Positions 38,050 through 47,636 of a stretch of DNA of 64,000 nt are shown here, piece after piece. Origin of the DNA: an uncultured Phycisphaeraceae bacterium (GTDB lineage Bacteria > Planctomycetota > Phycisphaerae > UBA1845); assembly GCA_964424105.1 (NCBI GenBank), contig CAYRHJ010000028.1, positions 12,679 through 76,678 on the forward strand. Reading direction: 5' to 3'. Position numbers and translations under genes: made by a program. Within the stretch, counting starts at the first letter, position 1; each line of letters starts with the position of its first letter. The notes beneath the pieces are model-generated. The model ran no database searches. It saw only the letters and a list, made by a program, of their open reading frames with translations, and was not told where the DNA came from.

Positions 38050-38508
38050 ATGACGCCCGCCGTGTCCAAGGAAGATCGCCATGCCAGGATTCTGCGGCTG
38101 GTTCGCGACCAACCGGTTTCGACCCAGGCGGGCCTGACGACTCGCCTGGTTCGCAGCGGCATCGACGTGGATCAGTCCACCCTCAGCCGCGACCTGGCTG
38201 AACTGGGCATCCGCAAGGTGCAGGGAGCGTATCGCGTTGCGGACCGCAACGGCGACCGGGCGGACCAACCGGCCAACTACGCGTTCGCGGTGCGGTGGTT
38301 TACGCCCTGTGGACCAAACCTGGTGGTGATCGCCACGGAGGTTGGGCAGGCCCATCCCGTGGCCCTGTTCATCGAATCGCACAATGAACCGTCGATTCTG
38401 GCGACCCTGGCGGGTGATGACACGATCTACTTGGCCACGCGTTCGCGGAAATCGCAGACCGTCGCCCTGCGACGTTTGAAACAGTGGTTCGGAGAAAAGA
38501 AACGATGA
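38050..38508 (+). CDS. argR: Arginine repressor
   Basis: STQAGL..RL..GIDVDQSTLSRDLAELG wHTH and ILATLAGDDTIYL C-terminal motif. Confidence 0.93.
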   Translation: MTPAVSKEDRHARILRLVRDQPVSTQAGLTTRLVRSGIDVDQSTLSRDLAELGIRKVQGAYRVADRNGDRADQPANYAFAVRWFTPCGPNLVVIATEVGQAHPVALFIESHNEPSILATLAGDDTIYLATRSRKSQTVALRRLKQWFGEKKR

Positions 38509-39812
38509 AATTGTCAAAATGTGTGTTGGCCTATTCCGGCGGGTTGGACACGTCGGCCATCGTTCTGTGGCTGGTCGAGATGGGATACGAAGTTCACTGC
38601 GTTCTGGTGGACGTGGGGCAGGCTGAAGACCTCCCGCAGCTCTGCGCTCAAGCCCAGAACCTGGGGGCTAAGTCAGCCGTCGTGCGCGATGCCAAGCCAG
38701 CCTTGTTGTCCTCGGTTGTTCCATTCGCCATAGGCCTGGGTGCGACCTACGAAGGCTGCTATCGATTGGGTACGTCGCTGGCCCGTCCCTTCATCGCCCT
38801 CGAACAGGTGCGCCGGGCCAGGGAACTGGGCGGGGCGACGCTGGTCCATGGCGCCACCGGCAAGGGAAACGATCAAATCCGATTCGAGTTTGCCTATCGC
38901 TCGTTGGCGCCGTCGTACCCCGTCTTGGCCCCTTGGAAGTCCTGGTCATTCGCCGGCCGCGAGGACCTGGTCAACTATCTGAATGAAAAGGGCTTCCCCA
39001 ACGCCTTCGCATTGACCAAGACTTTCAGCCTCGACGAAAATCTGTGGCATCTCAGCATTGAAGGAGGCCCCCTCGAAGACCCGCATCACGAGCTTGACGT
39101 AGCCGACGTGCTGGCACGGTTTGACGACCGCTTTTGTGGACGGAACCATTCATCATTGATTGCGAACGAACGGTCGCACGTTCGAATCGGTTTCCGCGAC
39201 GGCATCCCGGTGTCCGTCAATGGCACCGTTCAGCCATTGGAGGATATTCTCGGCACGTTGAACGCGGCCTATCGCCACGCCCATTGGGCATGGGACCTCG
39301 TCATTGAAAACCGTTTCACGGGCATCAAGTCCCGCGGCATCTACATCAATCCCGCAGCCAAGGTTCTTCATTGTGCCGTTGACGCATTGGCTCGCTGCTG
39401 CCTCAATAAGGTCGCCTACGACGAGTACGTCGCCCTGGGGCGGCGGTATGGCGAGGCGATCTATCGCGGGGAATATTTTTCAATCCAACGCGTCGCCCTT
39501 GAAGCCGCGGCCTCGGCGCTGTTGGCGCATCTGAACGGCGATGTCACCGTTTCAACAGCCGGCGGGCTTTATGCCTCGTCGATAAAAGCCGCCCACGGAC
39601 TATTCACCCGGTCGGCCGCGACATTTGACAAAAGTGCGTTCGATCACAAGCTGGCAGACGGTTTCATCGCGTTGAGTTGGCTGACCTCGATCGGTCGCCC
39701 ATGTGACGAGTTTTGCCATGAAAGCAATGTGGAATCAACAAACACCGCTGCATCCCTCGTTCGCCAAGATCAATCACTGCCTGAACGAGGATTGGTTTCT
39801 GCTGCCCCATGA
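38505..39812 (+). CDS. argG: Argininosuccinate synthase (divergent)
   Basis: LAYSGGLDTS, YRLGTSLARP, HGATGKGNDQIRFE, SLDENLWHLSIEGG and ENRFTGIKSRGIY; ATGA-coupled to argR. Confidence 0.93.
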   Translation: MKLSKCVLAYSGGLDTSAIVLWLVEMGYEVHCVLVDVGQAEDLPQLCAQAQNLGAKSAVVRDAKPALLSSVVPFAIGLGATYEGCYRLGTSLARPFIALEQVRRARELGGATLVHGATGKGNDQIRFEFAYRSLAPSYPVLAPWKSWSFAGREDLVNYLNEKGFPNAFALTKTFSLDENLWHLSIEGGPLEDPHHELDVADVLARFDDRFCGRNHSSLIANERSHVRIGFRDGIPVSVNGTVQPLEDILGTLNAAYRHAHWAWDLVIENRFTGIKSRGIYINPAAKVLHCAVDALARCCLNKVAYDEYVALGRRYGEAIYRGEYFSIQRVALEAAASALLAHLNGDVTVSTAGGLYASSIKAAHGLFTRSAATFDKSAFDHKLADGFIALSWLTSIGRPCDEFCHESNVESTNTAASLVRQDQSLPERGLVSAAP

Positions 39813-41016
39813 GATTCGCTTGCAGCGGGCCCACGTCGCCGCCCTGCGAGAAGCGGCCATCCTTAACGACGCCGAACGGTTGGCCGTCTTGGCGGCGCTG
39901 GACGACGTCGAGCGATCCTTCATCGCCCAAGATTGCCCGGAATCGTCCGCCGAGGACCTGCACACCTGGATCGAAGGCGCCGTCATCGAACGCGCCGGCG
40001 ACGCGGGACGCAAGCTGCACACCGGGCGGTCGAGAAACGATCAGATTGCGACGTTGCTGAAGTTGTACGTCATCCAATCATCCTCCCAAATCGAGGCCGC
40101 GCTTCGCGAATGGGTCTTGACCACCACCGAAAAGGCGATTCGCTGGGCAGACGTGACCGCGCCCATGCAGACCCACGCCCAATTCGCCGCACCGGGCACC
40201 ATGGGTTTTTGGATCCTTCGCTACGCCGTCAGCGCCGAACGCATCATGCGATTGTTCAGCACCGCACGAGATCAATGGGAAGAACACTGTCCATTGGGAT
40301 CCGCAGCCGTGGCCGGCACCTCCATCCCCATCGATCGCGACATTCAAGCCGCGTCACTCGGTTTCCGCCGACCCTCGCTCAACGCGCTCGATTCGACCTC
40401 CACGCGCGACGAGTGTCTTCAGTTGCTCGCCATCTTGACGCAATTGTCGCTGCATTATCAAAGCTTCGCGGCCGACCTGCTGGGCTTTTCGCAAACGCCG
40501 TTCGGATGGGTGGCCTACCCCGCCGCATTCGCATCCGGTTCCTCCATGATGCCCAACAAAGTCAATCCCGACGCCATGGAACTGCTCCGCGGTCGATGCT
40601 GTTCCGTTCAGGCCGCCTACGTGCAACTCCTGCTCATCCTGAAAGGACTCCCCAGCGGATACAATCGCGACCTGCAATGTTGCAAGCCGATCGTCCACGC
40701 AGCCGTCCAGGAGACGCTGACCCTGACCGGACTGTTGACTGCCTTCCTCGCCGATCTCGAATGGAATGAACAGGCATTGCTCGCAGCGTTGTCACAAGGG
40801 CGGATGGCCGCCACGCTGGAAATGGAACGAAAAGTCTTGCAGGGCATGCCCATGCGGATCGCTCATCACGAAGTCGCCGCGTCGGTCGATCAATGCGGAA
40901 ACGAAGCCCAGCCCAACGACGTCCGCAAGTACCGGTCGGCGGGAAGTGCCCATCCTGACGAAACCCGGCGCATCGCCAACGAAATCCGACGACGACTGCT
41001 CGCTACAGACGCTTGA
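39718..41016 (+). CDS. argH: Argininosuccinate lyase (divergent)
   Basis: EDLHTWIE, LHTGRSRNDQ, THAQ, CPLGSAAVAG, GSSMMPNKVNPDAMELLRG and LPSGYNRDLQ motifs. Confidence 0.92.
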   Translation: MKAMWNQQTPLHPSFAKINHCLNEDWFLLPHEIRLQRAHVAALREAAILNDAERLAVLAALDDVERSFIAQDCPESSAEDLHTWIEGAVIERAGDAGRKLHTGRSRNDQIATLLKLYVIQSSSQIEAALREWVLTTTEKAIRWADVTAPMQTHAQFAAPGTMGFWILRYAVSAERIMRLFSTARDQWEEHCPLGSAAVAGTSIPIDRDIQAASLGFRRPSLNALDSTSTRDECLQLLAILTQLSLHYQSFAADLLGFSQTPFGWVAYPAAFASGSSMMPNKVNPDAMELLRGRCCSVQAAYVQLLLILKGLPSGYNRDLQCCKPIVHAAVQETLTLTGLLTAFLADLEWNEQALLAALSQGRMAATLEMERKVLQGMPMRIAHHEVAASVDQCGNEAQPNDVRKYRSAGSAHPDETRRIANEIRRRLLATDA

Positions 41017-42259
41017 CGATCACCGCCGTCACGTCGTCTCCTTGGCGCGATCCCTCTCCAAACGCCGACACGCGACGATACAGCTCGTGAATGATCCCTT
41101 CGCAACTCCGGTCGCGGGATTCGTGAATGACCTGACACATCCGATCGATGCCGAATTGCTGCCCGTCGCCGTTGGCCCATTCGAACAGCCCGTCGGTGGT
41201 CAAGACCAGCATGTCCCCCGGTTCCAATTGAAACGACTCCGGCTCCCCGCAATCGATGTCAGCCACGATTCCCAACGGGTACGTCGACGCGCCGATCTGC
41301 CGGCAGACGCCCTCCGATCGAACGTAGTGCAACAAAGGACCATGGCCCGCACTCATATAGGTCATTTCGTGTCGTTCGCAATCCAGCACGCCGAAAAACG
41401 CCGTCACAAATCGTCCACCGTCGAGGTCGTCACACAACACCACATTCGTACGGGACAAGACTTCCATCGGATGGGTTTCTGCGGACGCCAGCGCCCGAAC
41501 CAACGCTCGACATTCCGACATGATCAGCGCAGGGCCGATCCCGTGGCCCGTCACGTCAGCCAGCAAGATCCCCAATCGCGCAGGCCCCAGTCGAAGATAA
41601 TCAAAACAATCGCCTCCCGTGGCGTCGGCGGGTCGATTCCAGCCCGCGATGTCATATCCTGGCACCGTTGGATGGGTCTTGGGCAGGAGCTTCTGCTGAA
41701 TATCGCGGGCCAATGAAAGATCCCGCTCCAATTGCTGCTTGTGGGCGTATTCGTCAAGCAGAATCTGACGTTGGATGGCCACCCCCGCCAACATCCCCAG
41801 ATCAGACGCACGTTCCAGGTCCGATTGATCAAACGACCCGTGATGCTTGTTCAGCGCTTGCAGTACCCCCACAATCTTCCCGTCGTAACCCTCCATTGGA
41901 AACGTCAGGATGTTGCGAGTCCGATAGCCCGTCGCCCGATCAATAGCCCGATTGAATCGGTTGTCCGAATAGGCATCGTGAACGATGATCGTCGACCGAG
42001 TCGAAAACGCTTCACCCGCGATACCCAGCTTGGCCGAAAAACGAATCGTCTCTTCGCCCGTGGCCACCAGACTGTATAGGTCGTTTGATCCGGCGTCGTG
42101 CAGGAACACCGTGCTGCGATCGCAATTCAGCACCTGCCGAACCGCGCCCTCCACCTTTTGCAGAAGGGGCAACAACTCGGTTGTAGCCCCCAATTCGCGT
42201 GATACGTCGAGAAGGGCATTGAGATCTGCGAGTTGACGATCGGCTGCCATGTCGGCCAT
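41003..42259 (-). CDS. GAF-PP2C (SpoIIE-type) phosphatase
   Basis: N-terminal GAF (DAYSDNRFNRAID..TGYRTRNIL); GGDCFDY, DVTGHG, TTDGLFE and DDVT motifs. Confidence 0.92.
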   Translation of the reverse strand: MADMAADRQLADLNALLDVSRELGATTELLPLLQKVEGAVRQVLNCDRSTVFLHDAGSNDLYSLVATGEETIRFSAKLGIAGEAFSTRSTIIVHDAYSDNRFNRAIDRATGYRTRNILTFPMEGYDGKIVGVLQALNKHHGSFDQSDLERASDLGMLAGVAIQRQILLDEYAHKQQLERDLSLARDIQQKLLPKTHPTVPGYDIAGWNRPADATGGDCFDYLRLGPARLGILLADVTGHGIGPALIMSECRALVRALASAETHPMEVLSRTNVVLCDDLDGGRFVTAFFGVLDCERHEMTYMSAGHGPLLHYVRSEGVCRQIGASTYPLGIVADIDCGEPESFQLEPGDMLVLTTDGLFEWANGDGQQFGIDRMCQVIHESRDRSCEGIIHELYRRVSAFGEGSRQGDDVTAVIVKRL

Positions 42260-42400
42260 CGATGTAATACTTTCGCAGAAAAAGCGAATGAATTCAAGTC
42301 ATGCCATCCTTCATGCTGCGCCCTCGGTGTGTGCAAGGGGGTCGATATTCCAGTCCAACGAGGGCCGCCCAACCGAAGAAAATTCGGTCATCGGTGCCGC

Positions 42401-42470
42401 GCGACCGACCATCCTTTACGAGCCGCGACCGACCATCCTTTACGAGCCGCGAGCGCGAAGCGAGCGGTCC
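42401..42470 (+). repeat. 24-bp tandem duplication ending in a REP-like unit
   Basis: gcgaccgaccatcctttacgagcc at 42401 and 42425, followed by gcgagcgcgaagcgagcggtc. Confidence 0.8.
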
Positions 42471-42674
42471 CCCAGAAAGCGCACTCACTTCTCACCCCCG
42501 ACCCTGCACGCGACCAATGAGGGAGCGTGCAGCATGGCAAGCGGACGGGGCAGTCCATGGCACGCGGATCGCGCCACTACCTCTAGAAACCAACCGTTCA
42601 GGGAGCGGTCTTCCGAACGGTCGAGCCGGGACGATCGTATCGGATTGACGCGAAGAATGGGGTGCGTCGAACCA

Positions 42675-43295
42675 CTAGCTCTTCTTGGAAGGTTCGGGCA
42701 TCCGCTCGAGGATCTTGTCCGCAAGTCCATAGTCAAGGGACTGCTGCGCGTCAAGCCATTTGTTCCGATCGCAGTCCTTCTCGATCACCTCGATGGGCTT
42801 GCCGCTCCGCGTATGAATGATCTCGTACAGGCGCTTGCGCAATCGGAGCATTTCCTCCGCCTCGATCGCCAAATCCGTGGCCGCACCCGACAGCCCGCCG
42901 CCCAGCAAGGGCTGATGAAGCAGCATCCGCGAATTGGGAAGAATGTACCGCTTGCCCTTCGTCCCACCGCACATCAAGATCGCGCCCATGCTCGCGGCCA
43001 TACCCACGCAGTAGGTGGCCACGTCGCAACGCAAAAACTGCATCGTGTCGTAGATGGCCAGACCCGCCGTGACCGACCCACCGGGCGAGTTGATATAAAA
43101 CGAGATGTTTCCGTTGGGCTCCTCGTTGGATAGAAACAGCATCTGAGCCACGATGAGATTCGCGATTTCATCGTCAATGCCGCCGCCCAGAAACACGATC
43201 CGGTCCTTGAGCAGACGCGAGTAAATATCATACGCCCGCTCACCACGACCCGTAGTCTCAATGACGAATGGAATATTGTAATTGCCGGTCACCAT
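42675..43295 (-). CDS. clpP: ATP-dependent Clp protease proteolytic subunit
   Basis: [34 protein letters not shown] (Ser), LLHQP (His) and DRNKW (Asp). Confidence 0.97.
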   Translation of the reverse strand: MVTGNYNIPFVIETTGRGERAYDIYSRLLKDRIVFLGGGIDDEIANLIVAQMLFLSNEEPNGNISFYINSPGGSVTAGLAIYDTMQFLRCDVATYCVGMAASMGAILMCGGTKGKRYILPNSRMLLHQPLLGGGLSGAATDLAIEAEEMLRLRKRLYEIIHTRSGKPIEVIEKDCDRNKWLDAQQSLDYGLADKILERMPEPSKKS

Positions 43296-43357
43296 GGGAT
43301 TGATGCGTCTCCGTTGTTAGCTTCGATTCGAACGCTCCGCGACCTGCCATCAGCCGA

Positions 43358-43999
43358 TCACGTCTTACCCGCTTCCTTGTCCTTGTCCTTGGCTTTGGAC
43401 CTCTCGGGAGAAAGAACTTCGTCCACGATCCCGTAGGCCAGCGCCTCTTCGCCGGTCATATAACGATCGCGCTCGATGTCTTCCTCCACCTGCTCCACGC
43501 TCTTGCCGGTGTGAAACGAAATAATCTCGTTCAGCCGGCGCTTATCACGGAGTATCTGCTCAGCCTGTATGCGAACGTCCTCCGCCTGCCCGCCTATGCC
43601 CCCGGACGGCTGATGCAGCATCACCTTCGCGTTGGGGAGAATGAACCGCCGCCCCTTCGCGCCGGCCATCAACAAGATCGCCCCGCCGCTGGCCGCCTGA
43701 CCGATGCAGTAGGTCGCCATGGGCGCGCCCATCGATTGCATCGTGTCGTAAATAGCCAACGTCTCCACGACGTAGCCGCCCGGCGAATTGATATACAGAC
43801 TGACTTCCTGATCGCGCTTGGAAGACTGTAGGTACAACAATTCCTCGATGACCTTTTTTGCCACCGGCGGCACGATCGGTTCGCCCAAAAAGATAATACG
43901 GTTTTCCAACAGCAACTGATCGATGGTCATCTCCCGCGTGCGGGCGATGTTGCCATACTGCTGCATGGTAGATTCGAACGGGTGATTCCAATGCGTCAT
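43358..43999 (-). CDS. clpP: ATP-dependent Clp protease proteolytic subunit (second paralog)
   Basis: ENRIIFLG, YINSPGGYV, GQAASGG, MLHQP and ERDRYM. ATG at 43999 with AAGGA RBS; the longer 44269 start runs through repeats. Confidence 0.95.
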   Translation of the reverse strand: MTHWNHPFESTMQQYGNIARTREMTIDQLLLENRIIFLGEPIVPPVAKKVIEELLYLQSSKRDQEVSLYINSPGGYVVETLAIYDTMQSMGAPMATYCIGQAASGGAILLMAGAKGRRFILPNAKVMLHQPSGGIGGQAEDVRIQAEQILRDKRRLNEIISFHTGKSVEQVEEDIERDRYMTGEEALAYGIVDEVLSPERSKAKDKDKEAGKT

Positions 44000-44076
44000 C
44001 AATATTTTCCTTGCGTTGGCCTGACCAATAAGACTGCCCAATCGCCAAGTTACCGAGCCACAACCCCCTGCACACG

Positions 44077-44243
44077 TCATTCCTGCAAACGCCGGAATCC
44101 AGACCGCCATGTCCGTCATTCCGGCGAACGCCTCTTTACGAGCCGCGAGCGCAAAGCGAGCGGTCCCCCGCGCCGCCCGCTGACCGTCACTCCCGCGCAA
44201 GTCCGCCTCTTTACGAGCCGCGAGCGCAAAGCGAGCGGTCCCC
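44077..44243. repeat. Composite REP cluster between tig and clpP
   Basis: A dRS3-like gtcattcc..gccggaatcca unit plus two ctctttacgagccgcgagcgcaaagcgagcggtcccc copies (about 44133 and 44207). Confidence 0.8.
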
Positions 44244-44312
44244 CTTCCAACCCGCGACCTTCCGCCCATGATCGCGCTCTAATCTGCCATCGGCTGCCTG
44301 ACCCGACTCCTC

Positions 44313-45995
44313 CTATTTCTTTGCCCGGCGCCTTGGTTTTGTGGACTTTTCCGATTTGGCCACGTTCTTCGTCGACGTGTTTTTCGCGGCCGTTCTTTTC
44401 TTGGCCGCAGGTGCTTTTGAACCGCCGCGCTCCCGACTCGAAACCTTGGCTGACCCACCCGTCGATTTTGGCTTGGCCGACGACTTCGGTTTGGAAACCG
44501 CTGTCGCGTGGTGCACAGCCTTAGCCGTTTTCGACGACGACTTTTTCGGACCTTCCACTTCCTTGACCTCCGCGTTGCCCAATAACACGTCGAGAATCTT
44601 GTCGTCACGCAACCGCAAATACAACGCCGTCAACCCGTCGCCCTTGGCCAGTTCGTCCCGCACGCGGTCGAACCGCTTACCGGACTGTTGGGCGATTCGG
44701 GCGATCTCCCCGTTCATTTCATCGTCTTGGACATCGATCTCCATTTCCTCGGCGATCTTCTCCATGATGAAAAACAACTTCAGATCGTTCGCGACTTCCG
44801 CGCTCACCGTCGACCGCAGCTCGTCAACCTGCTTTTCAATGGTCTGTTCAGCCTGACCCTGCTGGTACATTTCAATCATGCGCCGCGCCACCAACCGATC
44901 GGTCTGCCGCTGCGACAACCCAGCCGGGACGTCCAGCGTCGTGTTCTCGAGAAGGTACCTACCAACTTGTCCGCGCATGCCCCGCTGCACGATCGACTTC
45001 AATCGCCGCTGCATGCTCGACAAGACGGAACTCCGCAGATCCTCCTCGCTGTCGAAACCGATGGACGTCAGAAATTCTTCGTCCAGCGACGGCAACTCCA
45101 GCCGCTTGACATCCTGCACCAGGACCTCAAACGTGGCCTGCTTTCCGCGGAACCGCATTTCCTCGTGTTCGTCACCGACCTCCGCTTTCGCCGTCACCCG
45201 GTCTTGACTCTTGCGCCCGATCAACTGCTCGCCCAGGTCGTCCAGGTTGATGCCTTCGACGCGTTGGGCACGGGCCGACAACGTCACGTTCCGCTCCTCC
45301 TTGACCACCTCGCCGTCGATGGTCAGCTTGACGTCCGCAACGACCATGTCGTCAGCTCGAATCTTGTCGTCAACCGGCACAAATCGGCCCCGCATCGATA
45401 GCAGACGGTCAATCTCCGATTGCACGTCTTCGTCGGAAAACTCAACTTTGGGTTTTTGAATCGTAATGCCCTCGAGCTTGGGCAACTCGAACTCCGGACG
45501 TATTTCGACTTCGCAGCAATACGTCATTTCCCCGTCCGCGGGCAACTCCATAAACTCGATCGCCTGCTCCACCGAAAGCAGTTTCTGTGTCCGCTCCTGA
45601 CTCTTCTTACCAGCGCCTGAATCCACCGGCGCGTCCACCCAGATCAGCGGGTCGCCCAACGTCTTCAATCCGGTCTTGTCGACCGCAGCCATAAAACTGC
45701 CGCCCACCAGTTTCGATACCAGTTGGTCACCCACCTCCGCCCCGAAGCGCTTTTCGATCAGCCGCAACGGCGCTCGGCCCTTCCGAAAACCCGGAACAAT
45801 CGACTCCCGCTTGATTTCAGCGAATTGATCGTGGCGGCGTTCGTCCAGGAAATCACGCGGAATCGTCACCGTCAGTTTCTTGCGAAGCGTGCCTATGTCC
45901 TCGGTCTGAACGTCGATAGCCTCCTTCAGCTTCTCAGCTTCGTCCTTTTCATTCACCTGTTCTTCCACGTCTACCGCGTGTTCTTCGCCTGCCAT
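44313..45995 (-). CDS. tig: Trigger factor with long basic C-terminal tail
   Basis: Ribosome-binding PGFRKGRAP signature, FKBP-like middle domain and C-terminal helical domain; start MAGEE at 45995. Confidence 0.93.
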   Translation of the reverse strand: MAGEEHAVDVEEQVNEKDEAEKLKEAIDVQTEDIGTLRKKLTVTIPRDFLDERRHDQFAEIKRESIVPGFRKGRAPLRLIEKRFGAEVGDQLVSKLVGGSFMAAVDKTGLKTLGDPLIWVDAPVDSGAGKKSQERTQKLLSVEQAIEFMELPADGEMTYCCEVEIRPEFELPKLEGITIQKPKVEFSDEDVQSEIDRLLSMRGRFVPVDDKIRADDMVVADVKLTIDGEVVKEERNVTLSARAQRVEGINLDDLGEQLIGRKSQDRVTAKAEVGDEHEEMRFRGKQATFEVLVQDVKRLELPSLDEEFLTSIGFDSEEDLRSSVLSSMQRRLKSIVQRGMRGQVGRYLLENTTLDVPAGLSQRQTDRLVARRMIEMYQQGQAEQTIEKQVDELRSTVSAEVANDLKLFFIMEKIAEEMEIDVQDDEMNGEIARIAQQSGKRFDRVRDELAKGDGLTALYLRLRDDKILDVLLGNAEVKEVEGPKKSSSKTAKAVHHATAVSKPKSSAKPKSTGGSAKVSSRERGGSKAPAAKKRTAAKNTSTKNVAKSEKSTKPRRRAKK

Positions 45996-46412
45996 CTGCC
46001 ACACTCCAAAACTTGAATCCCGTCCCCGAAAAACAACCCGCCGCAGGATCGAGTCCTTGACGCCCGCCGAAGGGACGGTCAAAAGCCCAGACCCCGCGGA
46101 CTCCGCAGCCCGCAGTTCCCGGAAAAGCCCTTCTACTAACCTTAACTACCCGTATCGCGCATCCCAAGCCCTACCCGGAACCGCACCAGCCTACCCGACG
46201 CCCAAAATGCTGGCAATGCGGGAACTCGTTCCGCCCAAACCGGGCAACGTGCAGGCCGAACGGGAACTGAATCGTTAAAATGCCGATGGAATCTGCAACA
46301 AATTGACGTTTGCTGGCGAATTCGTAATCTGCTGTAATACAATTGTGGTTGTCCAAATCGACGTCGAGCCGGCGAATCGTCGAGATTGTCTTTCTTAATT
46401 AGGAACCTGAAA

Positions 46413-47462
46413 ATGGCCACTTTCGCGGACCTGCTCGGTGCGGATGCAAAAAACCTGCTCTCTTACCAATGCCAAGGGATCGATAGAAAGCTGTTGCATT
46501 TGCCCGGGCCGGACTTCGTCGATCGGATCATGGCATCGACCGACCGATCCAACTCCGTCCTTCGCAACATGCAGTCCATCTTCAACACCGGTAGGTTGGC
46601 CGGCACGGGCTATCTATCGATTCTCCCGGTGGACCAGGGTATCGAGCACTCCGCCGGGGCCTCGTTTGCCCCCAATCCGATTTACTTCGACCCCGAAAAC
46701 ATCGTAAAACTAGCCATCGAGGGTGGCTGCAATGCCGTCGCTTCCACCCTCGGCGTCCTCGGATCCGTTTCCCGAAAATACGCCCACAAAATCCCTTTTC
46801 TGGTCAAAATTAACCACAACGAGCTACTGACCTATCCCAACAAGTTCGATCAGATCCTTTTCGCACACGTGGAACAAGCCGCCGACATGGGAGCAGCCGC
46901 CGTAGGGGCGACGATTTATTTCGGTTCTGACGAATCAAGCCGCCAGATTCAGGAGGTCACCGACGCCTTCGCCCGGGCACACGAGTTGGGTATGGTCACC
47001 GTCCTGTGGTGCTATCTGCGCAATTCCGCCTTCAAAAAAGACGGCACCGACTACCATGCAGCCGCCGATTTGACCAGCCAAGCCAATCACCTCGGCGTGA
47101 CCATCCAAGCCGACATCATCAAGCAGAAGCAAGCGGAAAACAACGGTGGATTCACCGCCGTGAATTTCGGCAAGACCAGCAAGCTCGTTTACGAAAAGCT
47201 CGTCCCGGATCACCCCATCGAGCTGACTCGATATCAAGTGGCCGGCTGCTACATGGGCCGATCAGGCTTGATCAATTCCGGAGGTGCGTCCGGGGACAAC
47301 GATTTCGCCGACGCCGCCCGCACGTCCGTCATCAACAAACGCGCCGGCGGGATGGGTCTGATTTCAGGCCGAAAAGCCTTCCAGCGCCCCATGAAGGATG
47401 GGGTGAAATTACTCAACACGATACAAGGCGTCTATTTGGACGCGAGCATTACCGTGGCGTAG
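46413..47462 (+). CDS. fbaB: Class I fructose-bisphosphate aldolase (FbaB/DhnA)
   Basis: [38 protein letters not shown] and [10 protein letters not shown]. Confidence 0.96.
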   Translation: MATFADLLGADAKNLLSYQCQGIDRKLLHLPGPDFVDRIMASTDRSNSVLRNMQSIFNTGRLAGTGYLSILPVDQGIEHSAGASFAPNPIYFDPENIVKLAIEGGCNAVASTLGVLGSVSRKYAHKIPFLVKINHNELLTYPNKFDQILFAHVEQAADMGAAAVGATIYFGSDESSRQIQEVTDAFARAHELGMVTVLWCYLRNSAFKKDGTDYHAAADLTSQANHLGVTIQADIIKQKQAENNGGFTAVNFGKTSKLVYEKLVPDHPIELTRYQVAGCYMGRSGLINSGGASGDNDFADAARTSVINKRAGGMGLISGRKAFQRPMKDGVKLLNTIQGVYLDASITVA

Positions 47463-47636
47463 TTGGGTCATTCTACACAACTACTTGAAAACAATATAGT
47501 TATATTCCTGTATCACCGAATTGCCAATTTTGTACTAAATTGTTCAGATTTAGTATGACGGGTTTGACGCGATACATCGGCCTTGTTATACTAATTCTTA
47601 GAAAAATAGTACAAAATCAGTACTTGGCCAATTCTG

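Noticed and set aside
43999-44269. Long N-terminal extension of the second ClpP
   Set aside because: It is a translation of REP repeats (GTARFALAARK twice); a good RBS and ATG exist at 43999.
46000-46412. Sigma-54 promoter between tig and fbaB
   Set aside because: The tggcaatg candidate lacks the correctly spaced -12 TTGC element.
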